Source: a virus. From it: 64,000 bases of DNA. This document shows, piece after piece, positions 8,489 to 18,089 of the stretch (positions within the stretch are counted from its first letter, which is position 1; each line of letters begins with the position of its first letter). Position numbers and translations under genes: made by a program. The DNA lies in the IMG/VR virus record IMGVR_UViG_3300035703_000022, positions 32,001 to 96,000 of that record, one strand, 5' to 3'. A model generated the notes under the pieces. That model made no database searches and had not been told where the DNA came from. It saw nothing but the letters and a program-made list of their open reading frames with translations.

Positions 8489-8504
8489 TGTAAAATAAGA
8501 TACA
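8489..8504. promoter_or_regulatory. putative NtcA box
   Basis: TGTA-AAATAAGA-TACA = TGTA-N8-TACA just upstream of the -35. Confidence 0.55.
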
Positions 8505-8508
8505 ATTT

Positions 8509-8826
8509 TTAATCTCTCTGTCTCCAATCATCTGGTTTATCACCAGAAAAGAAATCAACTATATCGTCTACACTATTAAATCCTGTTCTATGGTTCGATG
8601 GATCAGGATCTCCCAAGTCCAATGCATTCATAAAGTCATCTAAACTACCTTCTTGCATATCAGGATTAGCAGCACGGCGTCTTGCTTGCCTGAGAATAGT
8701 TGCGGCAGAACGATTAGACTTTGCTAATTTTTCTGCCCAAATCATATCACTTAGCTCTACAGATTCACCTTTCCCAATTCTTTCACAGATTGATTCGAGG
8801 CGTAAACGATATTGAGTAGAGAGCAT
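8509..8826 (-). CDS. conserved cyanophage hypothetical protein
   Basis: MLSTQYRLRLE...DWRQRD. Confidence 0.8.
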   Translation of the reverse strand: MLSTQYRLRLESICERIGKGESVELSDMIWAEKLAKSNRSAATILRQARRRAANPDMQEGSLDDFMNALDLGDPDPSNHRTGFNSVDDIVDFFSGDKPDDWRQRD

Positions 8827-8853
8827 ATACTTCTCCAGATATAGTGTATTTAG

Positions 8854-9180
8854 TTACCGCTCAATGTAACTTAGTGTGTGATTTTGAGCATATAGTTGTT
8901 GAATGATCATATCGCACCCGATCTTTGGATTGCAATTACCACAAGTGTAAACATCTACTGCCGCTTTACCATCTTCAGGCCATGTATGAATACTTATATG
9001 ACTTTCAGATAACAAACATAAAACGGTAACTCCTTGTGGATCAAACTTTTTGAAAATAGTTTGACATACAGTTGCACCACTTGCAGTCGCCGCTTGTTCT
9101 AATAGTCCCATAAGATAATGCTCATCGTTTAACAAAACGAATGAGCATCCAAAGAGATTTAGAAGATAGTGTTTTCCCAT
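8854..9180 (-). CDS. speD: S-adenosylmethionine decarboxylase proenzyme
   Basis: MGKH, LSESHISIHTWPE, DVYTCG. Confidence 0.95.
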   Translation of the reverse strand: MGKHYLLNLFGCSFVLLNDEHYLMGLLEQAATASGATVCQTIFKKFDPQGVTVLCLLSESHISIHTWPEDGKAAVDVYTCGNCNPKIGCDMIIQQLYAQNHTLSYIER

Positions 9181-9423
9181 TTATGTAGGATTATCCTCCT
9201 GGTCCTTAAGTAAACGACTTACGATTTTTTCCTTTCCGTCCATCATAGCCACTGTGTAAATAGAAGATCTCATGTATTTTTTGATTTTCTTATATTGTTT
9301 TTTAACTTCTTTAATTGCGTCGAGATTCATCTCAACATTCATATCGCCAGAAATTACTTTCTTTTCTTTTTCTCCGATGGTTGATAGTTCCACATCTTCG
9401 GATTGATAGTTCCGTCTGTCCAT
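9181..9423 (-). CDS. hypothetical protein
   Basis: ORF in operon. Confidence 0.6.
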   Translation of the reverse strand: MDRRNYQSEDVELSTIGEKEKKVISGDMNVEMNLDAIKEVKKQYKKIKKYMRSSIYTVAMMDGKEKIVSRLLKDQEDNPT

Positions 9424-9659
9424 TTAATACCTCTCACATCTCTATATTTGTCCCAGTAATAATTAAAAATATCAATTTGTGATCCAGCTTGAACCACATC
9501 ATACTGAATAGAATCATCTACACCATAAGTTACCAAGTAAGAATTTCTCGGTAATTCACGATTTTTAGCAGCGGATGGATCACAATCTACATGAATAATG
9601 TTCACCGACATATCAAGAACGATTCCCCCATTGGATATCAGGATAAGCCTCGGAAACAA
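9354..9659 (-). CDS. conserved cyanophage hypothetical protein
   Basis: IIHVDCDP...LPRNSYLV...NPKMW. Confidence 0.7.
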   Translation of the reverse strand: MFPRLILISNGGIVLDMSVNIIHVDCDPSAAKNRELPRNSYLVTYGVDDSIQYDVVQAGSQIDIFNYYWDKYRDVRGIKWTDGTINPKMWNYQPSEKKKRK

Positions 9660-10173
9660 GTTCTTTGGTGATATTATATTTAGTCTGCAACCTTTTATCC
9701 TTTACAAGACACAATACTTCGGCCTCACCAGGATGAAAAGACTCCAACATATTAATAAACATCGTTTCTTTACGAAGTTTATTCATTGCATCATTACCAC
9801 CCTTCACAAAGTTATAAAACTTAGACCATTCTTTACGAATACTTGAAGATGGATTTTTTTCAGCATCTTCTTTAACTTGGATTGGAACGTCTCCCTCAGG
9901 AAGAACGGACTGAATACTCGGATCAAAGTTCCAAATCAAAAGAGATTTCAGAAAATTCTCATTATATTGTTGGAGAATGTTAATCTTTTTGTCTTTAGTC
10001 CGTTCTGCAACAACAGCAGCAAAGATTTCATGGACATAAGAATTTGATGTCAATTCAATTTTTTCTGTAGTTTTTGTTACTGGTTTTCTACTAGGAGTAG
10101 TCTTTTTTGCGGCGGTAGAAGGTTTTCTACTACTGGTCGTCGTCTTCTTCGTAGTCGTCATAGCTATTTTCAA
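9613..10173 (-). CDS. conserved T4-like hypothetical protein
   Basis: LIWNFDP...LPEGDVP, FYNFVKGGN, RKETMFINMLE. Confidence 0.8.
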   Translation of the reverse strand: MKIAMTTTKKTTTSSRKPSTAAKKTTPSRKPVTKTTEKIELTSNSYVHEIFAAVVAERTKDKKINILQQYNENFLKSLLIWNFDPSIQSVLPEGDVPIQVKEDAEKNPSSSIRKEWSKFYNFVKGGNDAMNKLRKETMFINMLESFHPGEAEVLCLVKDKRLQTKYNITKELVSEAYPDIQWGNRS

Positions 10174-10357
10174 ATCTTACTGCAATTACTTCATCTGGAA
10201 TTAGATTTCCATGATCGTCAAACATTTCTGGATGAGCGAATACTTGTTGCGGAGTGGAGAAAACCACATGTTCTTTCCATAACCAACCAACTACACCACC
10301 AACTATCAAGAACATAAATGATATTAAACAAAAGATGGCAACTAAAGGTGTTGTCAT
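10130..10357 (-). CDS. small membrane hypothetical protein
   Basis: N-terminal TM helix, HPEMFD motif. Confidence 0.75.
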   Translation of the reverse strand: MTTPLVAIFCLISFMFLIVGGVVGWLWKEHVVFSTPQQVFAHPEMFDDHGNLIPDEVIAVRFENSYDDYEEDDDQ

Positions 10358-10375
10358 GGTCTTGCCTCCGAGAGA

Positions 10376-10552
10376 TTACTTTTTCTTTATATCTAATGAA
10401 AAGTTTAGATAAATGCGAATCTCTCTTTTGAAGAGAGAAACCATCTTACCAAAACTAAATTGAAATGTTTTTGGTGCTTCAGGTTTTTCCCTCCTTTTTC
10501 TTAACAATAACTCCACACCTTTATTTATGTGAAGCTCTTTGACTTCACTCAT
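10376..10552 (-). CDS. 58-aa hypothetical protein (not in ORF track)
   Basis: MSEVKELHINKGVELLLRKRR...SLDIKKK. Confidence 0.65.
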   Translation of the reverse strand: MSEVKELHINKGVELLLRKRREKPEAPKTFQFSFGKMVSLFKREIRIYLNFSLDIKKK

Positions 10553-10555
10553 AAT

Positions 10556-10792
10556 TTAAATCAACGAACGCAATTTGAGATACTCAATAGTATCTTTACA
10601 ACCACCAATGTGTTTGTCATCCATTACAACTTGTGGAAATGTTGACCCATTACCAAATTCAGAATAAAATTCTTTTTTAGTGAAATGTTCGTCAAGATTA
10701 TATACAACAAAGTCCTTTCCACAAAGTTCAAGAACTTTTTTTACTTTATAACAATAAGGGCAATCTTGTTTTGAATAAACAGTAAACTTCAT
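10556..10792 (-). CDS. nrdC: glutaredoxin
   Basis: CPYC, TFPQV, IGG motifs. Confidence 0.92.
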   Translation of the reverse strand: MKFTVYSKQDCPYCYKVKKVLELCGKDFVVYNLDEHFTKKEFYSEFGNGSTFPQVVMDDKHIGGCKDTIEYLKLRSLI

Positions 10793-10870
10793 TTCATTTG
10801 TGATATTTTGTAATATTTAGAATTGGTAATTTATAGATAATACACTAAAATTGTGCCTGTGTCAATAGAA

Positions 10871-11080
10871 TCACTCGCTCATTGGATGGCCAGTACGCCA
10901 AATTTTTGTATCAGGGGGATCACACTTTGCGTCCCAAGATCGTACAAGCAACTCAGTGAACAGCTCCATCTTTTCTGGATGTACAGAAGCAGGATTTTGA
11001 TTGATAGCCTGTTTCAGGGCAACAAGTTCTTTCCATTCTTCATCTGTAAGAGGATTAACACTGGATTGCGAATAGGTCAT
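10871..11080 (-). CDS. hypothetical protein
   Basis: GGAG SD; ORF. Confidence 0.7.
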   Translation of the reverse strand: MTYSQSSVNPLTDEEWKELVALKQAINQNPASVHPEKMELFTELLVRSWDAKCDPPDTKIWRTGHPMSE

Positions 11081-11179
11081 TAGTTCTCCCGTTGATTGTG
11101 TTTAAATTCTAACACAAAATATACTACTATCTAGGGGACTTAATAATTTCTTCGGGATTGCGTTACGTATCCTTAACAA

Positions 11180-11542
11180 TTATTTTTTGTCTAAGAATTT
11201 ATCAAGTGCGTCAAGATCGTCTTGCAGCTCTTTTTCTTGATTTTTATCGTGATAATAAGACCAGAGAGCATTATGAACATCCATAAGTCCATCAATCCAG
11301 AAACCAGTAGGATAAATGCCTAATTTATCCATCAACCCACGATGACTGGTTCCTTCTTTTTCTGCATTGCACATAATAATGCAGATTGCTTGAACCATAT
11401 CAAGTTTATCTTCTTCGGAAAGCATAAAATACTTTCCTACTGCTCGTTGCTTTGATTCTTCATTTTTTTTCTGCATTTCTTTGCAAGCATCAGAATCCCA
11501 CCATTCTTGAAGTGCTTTACCAAATTCGTTAGGTTTAGTCAT
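11180..11542 (-). CDS. hypothetical protein
   Basis: ORF coupled to HNH gene. Confidence 0.7.
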   Translation of the reverse strand: MTKPNEFGKALQEWWDSDACKEMQKKNEESKQRAVGKYFMLSEEDKLDMVQAICIIMCNAEKEGTSHRGLMDKLGIYPTGFWIDGLMDVHNALWSYYHDKNQEKELQDDLDALDKFLDKK

Positions 11543-12032
11543 AGTGATATTGTTTCCACTCCTCTACATTAGTTTTTTCAAGATCAAAAATCATTTTATT
11601 TACAGGAGCTTTTGGTTTTCTTGCAAGTTTCATTCCAGTATGTTCCAAAAGCATACTACCTTTTTTAGTATTGCATGAACTACACGCAACGACTAAGTTT
11701 TCCCAAGTATCTTCTCCACCCCTTGAACGAGGAAGAACATGATCTATGGTTAGCTTAGACCTAGCACCGCAATACTGGCAAGTATGATTGTCCCTCTTGT
11801 AAATCATTGAACGAGAAGGATTAATATTCATAATTTTTGACAATGGTAACTTTACATAATCTAGTAGGCGAATAACTCTACTTGAAAGAACTTGAGCTTT
11901 CTCTTTTAGAAGAAGAACAATTGCTCTCTTCCAATTTGTAAAATTAATTGGTTCGTAACTAGAATTTAAGACCAATATTGTTTTGTATGGTTCTATTGGT
12001 AACTCATGCATGACTTTTTTATGAGCTATCAC
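11535..12032 (-). CDS. HNH endonuclease (McrA-like)
   Basis: LVLNSSYEP, RDNHTCQYCG, TIDHVLPRSRGG, NLVVACSSCN. Confidence 0.92.
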   Translation of the reverse strand: MIAHKKVMHELPIEPYKTILVLNSSYEPINFTNWKRAIVLLLKEKAQVLSSRVIRLLDYVKLPLSKIMNINPSRSMIYKRDNHTCQYCGARSKLTIDHVLPRSRGGEDTWENLVVACSSCNTKKGSMLLEHTGMKLARKPKAPVNKMIFDLEKTNVEEWKQYHYD

Positions 12033-12039
12033 TATCTAG

Positions 12040-12273
12040 TCAAGATCCAAAAGGACCCCAACGACCTCTTTTGTTATCTTCATCACCATTCATTCTGGAT
12101 TCAAGTTTATCAATAAGTTGATCTGCTGCAATCAAATTATCAATTTCCATAATCATATCTGCAATGTGTTTTCCAACAAAAGGTTTTTCTTGTCGTGCTG
12201 CATAAGAAAGTGCATTACGCAAAGATTGTTCCGCGTCTCTTAGACTAGTTTCTACTGATTCTGATAGTGCCAT
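12040..12273 (-). CDS. hypothetical protein
   Basis: MALSESVETSLRDA...ARQEKP. Confidence 0.75.
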   Translation of the reverse strand: MALSESVETSLRDAEQSLRNALSYAARQEKPFVGKHIADMIMEIDNLIAADQLIDKLESRMNGDEDNKRGRWGPFGS

Positions 12274-12275
12274 GA

Positions 12276-12437
12276 TTAAAAATTAACAGTTGATCGTTTT
12301 TGTTGAAATTCTTCTACAATTTCTAAAATTTTTTTGGATGTTTTCTTTGCAGATTCTTCATCCCAACTTTCACTAGAAACATTCAAAAGATAAATTTCAT
12401 TTGAAATTGAATCAATAAGTTTATCGTAGTTTGTCAT
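12276..12437 (-). CDS. 53-aa hypothetical protein (not in ORF track)
   Basis: MTNYDKLIDSISNEIY... fills the gap exactly. Confidence 0.6.
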   Translation of the reverse strand: MTNYDKLIDSISNEIYLLNVSSESWDEESAKKTSKKILEIVEEFQQKRSTVNF

Positions 12438-12681
12438 TTTCAGATTTAAGTAAATTGTGATATTTCAAAACCTCAGGATTTTCCAAGTCTTTACATCTTG
12501 GATAAAAAATACCATCTCGATAACAAGAATTTTCAGGACTCTGAGGATCATATTTTACTACACGACTAGGATACTCTCTTGCATTACAAAGATCTCCTTG
12601 TCTTCGAACAAAGTTATCAAGGCATACTGCTCCAATAAATGGAGCAAGACCTTTTAACATGTATAAAGTATACATCAACAC
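12421..12681 (-). CDS. hypothetical protein
   Basis: ORF in operon. Confidence 0.6.
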   Translation of the reverse strand: MLMYTLYMLKGLAPFIGAVCLDNFVRRQGDLCNAREYPSRVVKYDPQSPENSCYRDGIFYPRCKDLENPEVLKYHNLLKSENDKLR

Positions 12682-13454
12682 TCATCCATTCCAAGAGGTT
12701 GAGTTACTTTTTTAATAAGATAAGAACCATCTCCCTGATCTACCCACTCAACGAAATCACCTTCTTTCAGATCTGTTGCTTCTAACAAATCATCGGGAAA
12801 TGTTACACAGTAAATATCTTCATCAGTATCTTCATCTCTTATTTCTTCAACAGGAAGAACCCACTTCTTTACTTTATCTTTAAGGGGAACAGTGCGATTA
12901 GGATCATTGCGAGTGTAGTCATAGTAATATTTGGAATGATTCAAATCAAGTTCAGTACGTTTGTTGTAATACTCTGCCTCACGCAGATTATACTCACGAC
13001 ACTTATTTTTTTCTTCATCAGATGCTGCCTTATCGCACATGGCATTCAGTTCTTCATCACTATATTTGAGTGCCTCCATATCACTATGACCCCAAGGTGG
13101 CATCACACTACTCACAGTTGAACCTTTATATTCTTCTGGATAGTAGTTTTCTTCCCAGAAAGAAGTCCAAGAATTTTTACATTCTGGTGATTGATCTTCC
13201 TTATCACACACAAGATTTTCTTTTTTCTCAACATATTCATCATATGTTGGAATATGCCCTTTGCCATTGCCATTCAAAAGTGCAAGAAGTTCATAGCAAC
13301 GGGAAGCGTTGTTTTTATAACAATAGTAATTGTCCTCAACTACTTTGCGAACACAGTCATAAATTTCTTGTGGAGATGCTTCAGCAGAATTTAGAGCATC
13401 TTCTACCCAATTCTCAAGGTTTTCAAGAGAATACTTTTTGTAGTCAAAGTCCAT
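12675..13454 (-). CDS. hypothetical protein with C-terminal AbrB/MazE-like domain
   Basis: VTFPDDLLEATDLKEGDFVEWVDQGDGSYLIKK. Confidence 0.7.
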   Translation of the reverse strand: MDFDYKKYSLENLENWVEDALNSAEASPQEIYDCVRKVVEDNYYCYKNNASRCYELLALLNGNGKGHIPTYDEYVEKKENLVCDKEDQSPECKNSWTSFWEENYYPEEYKGSTVSSVMPPWGHSDMEALKYSDEELNAMCDKAASDEEKNKCREYNLREAEYYNKRTELDLNHSKYYYDYTRNDPNRTVPLKDKVKKWVLPVEEIRDEDTDEDIYCVTFPDDLLEATDLKEGDFVEWVDQGDGSYLIKKVTQPLGMDEC

Positions 13455-13602
13455 TAATGTGATCCTTGATTGCTTGTTCTATAATAACTTGGATTTCCTT
13501 GCTTGTCAACCCATTTAACCACTTCCAATTTGGGTCTTGTGGATCCCAGTCCATCGTGAACGACCCATCTTCATTTTCTGTTATTTTAAGTGAATCTTCC
13601 AT
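13444..13602 (-). CDS. 52-aa hypothetical protein (not in ORF track)
   Basis: MEDSLKITENEDGSFTMDWDPQDP... Confidence 0.65.
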   Translation of the reverse strand: MEDSLKITENEDGSFTMDWDPQDPNWKWLNGLTSKEIQVIIEQAIKDHINGL

Positions 13603-15183
13603 CTATTTTTCAACTAATTGTTGTGTTTCTTCAAACCAAAGATAATCTAAAGAAGAATTATTTAGAGTTTTAACTGCATCTGTTGGAGTTTCTACTAATG
13701 GTTCCCCAGATAAATTAAAACTAGTATTCAAAAGTATTCCATGTCCAGATAATTTTTTAAATTCTTGCAAAAGTTCATATAAGTAACTATTATTTTTAGA
13801 AATAGTTTGAATTCTACATGTGTTATCTATGTGAGTTATACCAGACAACATTTTAACATATTCTGATCTTACTGGAAAACATATAGTCATAAATGGACTT
13901 GATTTTATTTTTCCTAGGTTGAAATAAACATCAGCATCTTCTTCCAGTACAACACATGCAAAAGGACGATACCATTCTCTTTTTTTGATTTTATTTACGA
14001 TATTTTTTGCTTCAAAATTTAAGGGATTAAAAAATATAGAACGATTCCCAAGTGCTCTTTGGCCAGCTTCTGCGATACCCCTATATACAGCAATAGATTT
14101 ATTCTGATTTAATAAATTACTAATATCTTTTATTGACGTTGTTTTACCTTTATATAAAGAAACATCATAATAAGATCCGTGGAAAAAAGTTGTCTGGATT
14201 TGATTTGGAATTTTATTTGTTAATTCTATGTGCGAATTCATTGCAGCTCCAATACTAACTCCATTATCATTACATACTGGTTCAAAATAAAATTCTACAT
14301 CAGGAAATCTCTGCAAGTAATAATAATTTGCAACAATATTCATACCATAACCACCAGAGATACAGACTTTCTTAATCCCTGTTTTTATTATTGAATCTTC
14401 TATTAGATCTCCAACTACTTTTTGGGTTTGTTGTTGAACCTCATAACAAAAATCCGCATGTAATTTGTAGTTTTTACTGTCTACTATTTTAATTGGATTC
14501 TTCAAAAATTGTTTGATTTCTTCAGAAGAGTTTTTATAAAAATCATTATTAAAAATATTTTTTTCTAAGAATAACTTTTTAAATGATTTATTATCAGATC
14601 CATATGAGGAAAGTCCCATTGCTTTTCCACAATCATCTGGAGTATTTCCCATCAAAATTGCAGCAATGTCATATAACTTACCGACTCCAAAAGTACCGTC
14701 TTCCCAAAAAAGATCAAATGGATTTGAATCTTCTATAATATTTTTATAAATTAAACTATTTTTATGTTTATCAAAAACAAAAACACTTTCTACTTCTACT
14801 AAGTTATCTCTAATTGTTGATCCGGCTCCATCAACTACAACAACGATACTTTCATCAAAACCACTATTGTAAAAGGCAAGAGAAGCATGATTTAAATGAT
14901 GATCCTGTTGCATCATTAATTTCACATTGGAGTTATATTTTTTACATTCTTCAAAAATTTTTGATATTATATCGTCTCTTGTATTAAAGTTAGATATGGT
15001 AACAACATCTAATTTTTGATCTAATTTATTACAAATATCATCTATCAATGTCAATATTATTGATTGATCATCATCGTGTTTTTTTCTTGTATATCTTTCC
15101 ACTAAGAAATATTGTTCTAAATTTCCATCATTTAGAACACATATCGAAGAGTCATGTCCCAAATGAATACTAAGTATTAACAT
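13603..15183 (-). CDS. carbamoyltransferase (NodU/CmcH/TobZ family)
   Basis: GHDSS, HHLNHA, VVDGAG, GKAMGLSSYG, SGGYGMN, RALGNRS, REWYRPFA, LNTSFN. Confidence 0.93.
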   Translation of the reverse strand: MLILSIHLGHDSSICVLNDGNLEQYFLVERYTRKKHDDDQSIILTLIDDICNKLDQKLDVVTISNFNTRDDIISKIFEECKKYNSNVKLMMQQDHHLNHASLAFYNSGFDESIVVVVDGAGSTIRDNLVEVESVFVFDKHKNSLIYKNIIEDSNPFDLFWEDGTFGVGKLYDIAAILMGNTPDDCGKAMGLSSYGSDNKSFKKLFLEKNIFNNDFYKNSSEEIKQFLKNPIKIVDSKNYKLHADFCYEVQQQTQKVVGDLIEDSIIKTGIKKVCISGGYGMNIVANYYYLQRFPDVEFYFEPVCNDNGVSIGAAMNSHIELTNKIPNQIQTTFFHGSYYDVSLYKGKTTSIKDISNLLNQNKSIAVYRGIAEAGQRALGNRSIFFNPLNFEAKNIVNKIKKREWYRPFACVVLEEDADVYFNLGKIKSSPFMTICFPVRSEYVKMLSGITHIDNTCRIQTISKNNSYLYELLQEFKKLSGHGILLNTSFNLSGEPLVETPTDAVKTLNNSSLDYLWFEETQQLVEK

Positions 15184-16034
15184 TTCTCTAAAAATTTTGT
15201 TATGTCTTCCATTTTTACTTTCATGGTCATTTTTAGATCATTTGGTTTACCATAAGTAAAAAAGTCTTCCAATGGAAATTTATGGTGATGATTTTTCCAC
15301 CAATCTTCTATTAATCGACTACAAATTATATCTATAGGGAACATTTTATTATCATTCTGTTCACTATCTCCGTTTATATTGATATTAAGATTGAAAAGAG
15401 GAATTGAATATGTAATTCCAATATCAAATAAATTGGCATCTCCAGTTATATGAGTTTTACTGTATCTTTTATGAAAAGAATTATCTACAAATGTTAATCT
15501 ATATTTTCCATCACGGTACATCAAATCTTTAACTTTTTTTGCATATGATCGATTTATTAGGTATGCAGCTGCAGATCCAGAATCAGATCTTTTGTGTAAA
15601 AACATTGGTACAAATAGACCATTTGAATGATATGTACTGCAAAAGTAGAGTTGAATACATTCCCAATTTTCTGGTAGATTACTTTGAAAATATGTCCAAT
15701 CGAAATTCCAATATTTTATATTCTGTATTGATAAGTCATCTTCCATTATAATGCAAGTTTCAGAAAGATTACCATCATACCAATTAATGATGGTTTCTAT
15801 ATGATTTAATGCAGTTGACATTGCAGATAGACATTCCAAAATTCCATTCTCTACGATTATATCTTTCCATTCATCATATTTGGAAATGTCATACTTAGAA
15901 GCATTAATCCTTTGATAGTTTGTTATTCCCCAATTATTGAATTGAGATTCCATCCATTTTTTTCTATCAGTCCTATGAAAAAGATTGATATAGTAAATTG
16001 GGGGAAACTCTTTGAGTTTATTTTCTAAGTCCAC
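15177..16034 (-). CDS. GT25-like glycosyltransferase
   Basis: IYYINL..R.DR, IIMEDD, LPENWECIQL. Confidence 0.8.
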   Translation of the reverse strand: MDLENKLKEFPPIYYINLFHRTDRKKWMESQFNNWGITNYQRINASKYDISKYDEWKDIIVENGILECLSAMSTALNHIETIINWYDGNLSETCIIMEDDLSIQNIKYWNFDWTYFQSNLPENWECIQLYFCSTYHSNGLFVPMFLHKRSDSGSAAAYLINRSYAKKVKDLMYRDGKYRLTFVDNSFHKRYSKTHITGDANLFDIGITYSIPLFNLNININGDSEQNDNKMFPIDIICSRLIEDWWKNHHHKFPLEDFFTYGKPNDLKMTMKVKMEDITKFLEKC

Positions 16035-16996
16035 TATTCTCTTTCAAGATCTAATGTAACGCAATGAAAACATCCACTCAATGTTCTTGAGTGTCTCATA
16101 GGGAGCATTGCACATTCTATACCGTGTTTTTCCAGTTCTTTTCGGGTAGGTTCTTGATGTTCTTCCAGAGCCACCAAATTAGGATTTACGCTGAAAAGAT
16201 TCATATTGATCCATTCAGAAGAATGGTTATATCCTGGATAATATCCAATATCTACTGGTTCTGGACACCAAACAACATCCCAGTTTCTAAAAGGTTCTGG
16301 GAGAATGTCCACAGACTTGATTCTTTCGGGATTTAATAACATCAAACCTTCACGAAGAAACGCAATCGTAGTATCTATGTGCATGTAACTATAAACACCC
16401 TGAAGAAGGTGAACTTTTGCACGATCTCTAAGCATTTCTTGAAGTAAATTAGCTCCCACAATATTTCCACTATTAGATACAAGATACAAAATATCATCAT
16501 TTGCACGAATAATATTTGCTGCATCAAATGCAGGAGTTACTTCCGTGAGTGCAAGAGTATCTTTATCTCCTACACAATCTTCATTGTAGAGTTCTTTTTG
16601 ATGTTTACATGGGACAATGATTGTTGTATCTAACCTATCAATTACGGATTTCCATGCATCTTTTCTACACTCCAACGGCATAGGAGTTGCAACGGTCAGA
16701 TCTTTATGGGTAAAGATTACATCTCTTGGACAAAAATTGTAATATTCTGTAGCAGTTCTTTTTGGTCTTACTACTTCTACGCCTTCTCCCAACAAAAACT
16801 TAACAAAGGTCTCCAAATCTTCATTTGCTTCATCTATGACTTGTTGTGGATATGGTCCAACTGGAACGTCTGAGACATCTTTTCTATCTGCATAGTTAAT
16901 TGTACGGACACTTAAATCTACTTCGGGAACTGTTGCATGGTCTGCAACTCCCACAACTACCTTTTTTAGTTTACTCCACTCATTTTGACTTTTCAT
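16034..16996 (-). CDS. amidinotransferase (glycine / inosamine-phosphate StrB1 family)
   Basis: NEWSKLKKVVVG, CPRD, FDAAN, HIDTT, GCFHCVT (Asp-His-Cys triad). Confidence 0.9.
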   Translation of the reverse strand: MKSQNEWSKLKKVVVGVADHATVPEVDLSVRTINYADRKDVSDVPVGPYPQQVIDEANEDLETFVKFLLGEGVEVVRPKRTATEYYNFCPRDVIFTHKDLTVATPMPLECRKDAWKSVIDRLDTTIIVPCKHQKELYNEDCVGDKDTLALTEVTPAFDAANIIRANDDILYLVSNSGNIVGANLLQEMLRDRAKVHLLQGVYSYMHIDTTIAFLREGLMLLNPERIKSVDILPEPFRNWDVVWCPEPVDIGYYPGYNHSSEWINMNLFSVNPNLVALEEHQEPTRKELEKHGIECAMLPMRHSRTLSGCFHCVTLDLERE

Positions 16997-17493
16997 TTCT
17001 TGACCCCAGTGATTTGAATCGCATATCTATCTTTCATACTAAAATTATAAAATGCATGTATTTCATCATAATCCCAATAAAAACAATGCCCAGCTTTCCA
17101 TCTACAATATGCAGTATCTTTAACCTGCAAAATTTGACCTGGAGAACTATCTTCCAACATTACCATACATCGGATTACATTTTCAGAATCAACATTATTT
17201 AATTCTACATACTTTCCATAAAGATCTGTATGGAGAGGTAAATATTGTCCAGGTTTAAAATAATTAACTGCAGCAGCTACTTTATCTAAAAAACTAAACT
17301 TAGGAATAATATAATCATTCACGCATTTTGGCATAGGATTTGGTAAATGATATTTGTACATAGACAACTTATCTTTACTGTGTCCAGAATTCAAATATTG
17401 ATTTACTAACTCCTCATCTTTATGAGTACATAAAATATAATCAAGATTATAGAAGTCTTTAATATCCCAATTAGGCGTTATATGATTAATCAT
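16993..17493 (-). CDS. 2OG-Fe(II)/cupin-fold hydroxylase-like protein
   Basis: PGQYLPLHTD (HxD)...IHAFYN...RYAIQITG. Confidence 0.7.
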   Translation of the reverse strand: MINHITPNWDIKDFYNLDYILCTHKDEELVNQYLNSGHSKDKLSMYKYHLPNPMPKCVNDYIIPKFSFLDKVAAAVNYFKPGQYLPLHTDLYGKYVELNNVDSENVIRCMVMLEDSSPGQILQVKDTAYCRWKAGHCFYWDYDEIHAFYNFSMKDRYAIQITGVKK

Positions 17494-18089
17494 GCAAATA
17501 CTGACATTCTCGTTAAATCAGGGTAATCCCTGTGGCTCCATTTTTTACCGGGAATTTTTTTCCGCTCATTTAGTAATTTAATTCCGATTTTGGCCACCTC
17601 AGGGGTCATATAGTAATGATACCCGATAGTATCTATGTCTTGTTCAACCCATGGACGACTGAGATCACGACCATCATAAGACATTTTTTTCAGTGTATCA
17701 TAATCTTCTTTGTTTTGCAATAAGATCGCACCACCTCTTCCAAGGTTTAAGTGTTTTTTAAACTGAAAACTTAAACACATAAACGTACCAGGAATATAAG
17801 TATTCTCTCCCCAAAGAACAGCAGCATCAATGATATTTGTAGGTGCTAAGTAATAATAATCAGACCATTCTTCTTCCCTCCAGTTCCAGTCTAATCTAAG
17901 TTTCATACAGGTCATTGGAACTGAAATATAAGTTCTCGTAGGGATGGTAATATAATCTTCCTGAGTATGTCTTAAACAAAGTTCCAATGCATGAGTACAC
18001 GAATCAGTAGCTACTGCATAAGGGGATCCGAAAAACTCTGCAATTTGATTCTCAAATTCAGTAACGTACTCAAACATTTTCAAATTCAC
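17490..18089 (-). CDS. short DegT/DnrJ/EryC1/StrS PLP-dependent aminotransferase
   Basis: FENQIAEF, AVATDSCTHAL, IDAA, SFQFKKHLNLGRGG (PLP Lys), GYHYYM. Confidence 0.85.
   Translation of the reverse strand: MNLKMFEYVTEFENQIAEFFGSPYAVATDSCTHALELCLRHTQEDYITIPTRTYISVPMTCMKLRLDWNWREEEWSDYYYLAPTNIIDAAVLWGENTYIPGTFMCLSFQFKKHLNLGRGGAILLQNKEDYDTLKKMSYDGRDLSRPWVEQDIDTIGYHYYMTPEVAKIGIKLLNERKKIPGKKWSHRDYPDLTRMSVFA

Noticed and set aside
13603-18089. Saxitoxin or cylindrospermopsin biosynthesis cluster (amidinotransferase + carbamoyltransferase + 2OG oxygenase)
   Set aside because: No PKS/NRPS or SxtA-like gene; the context is glycosyltransferases and a sugar aminotransferase
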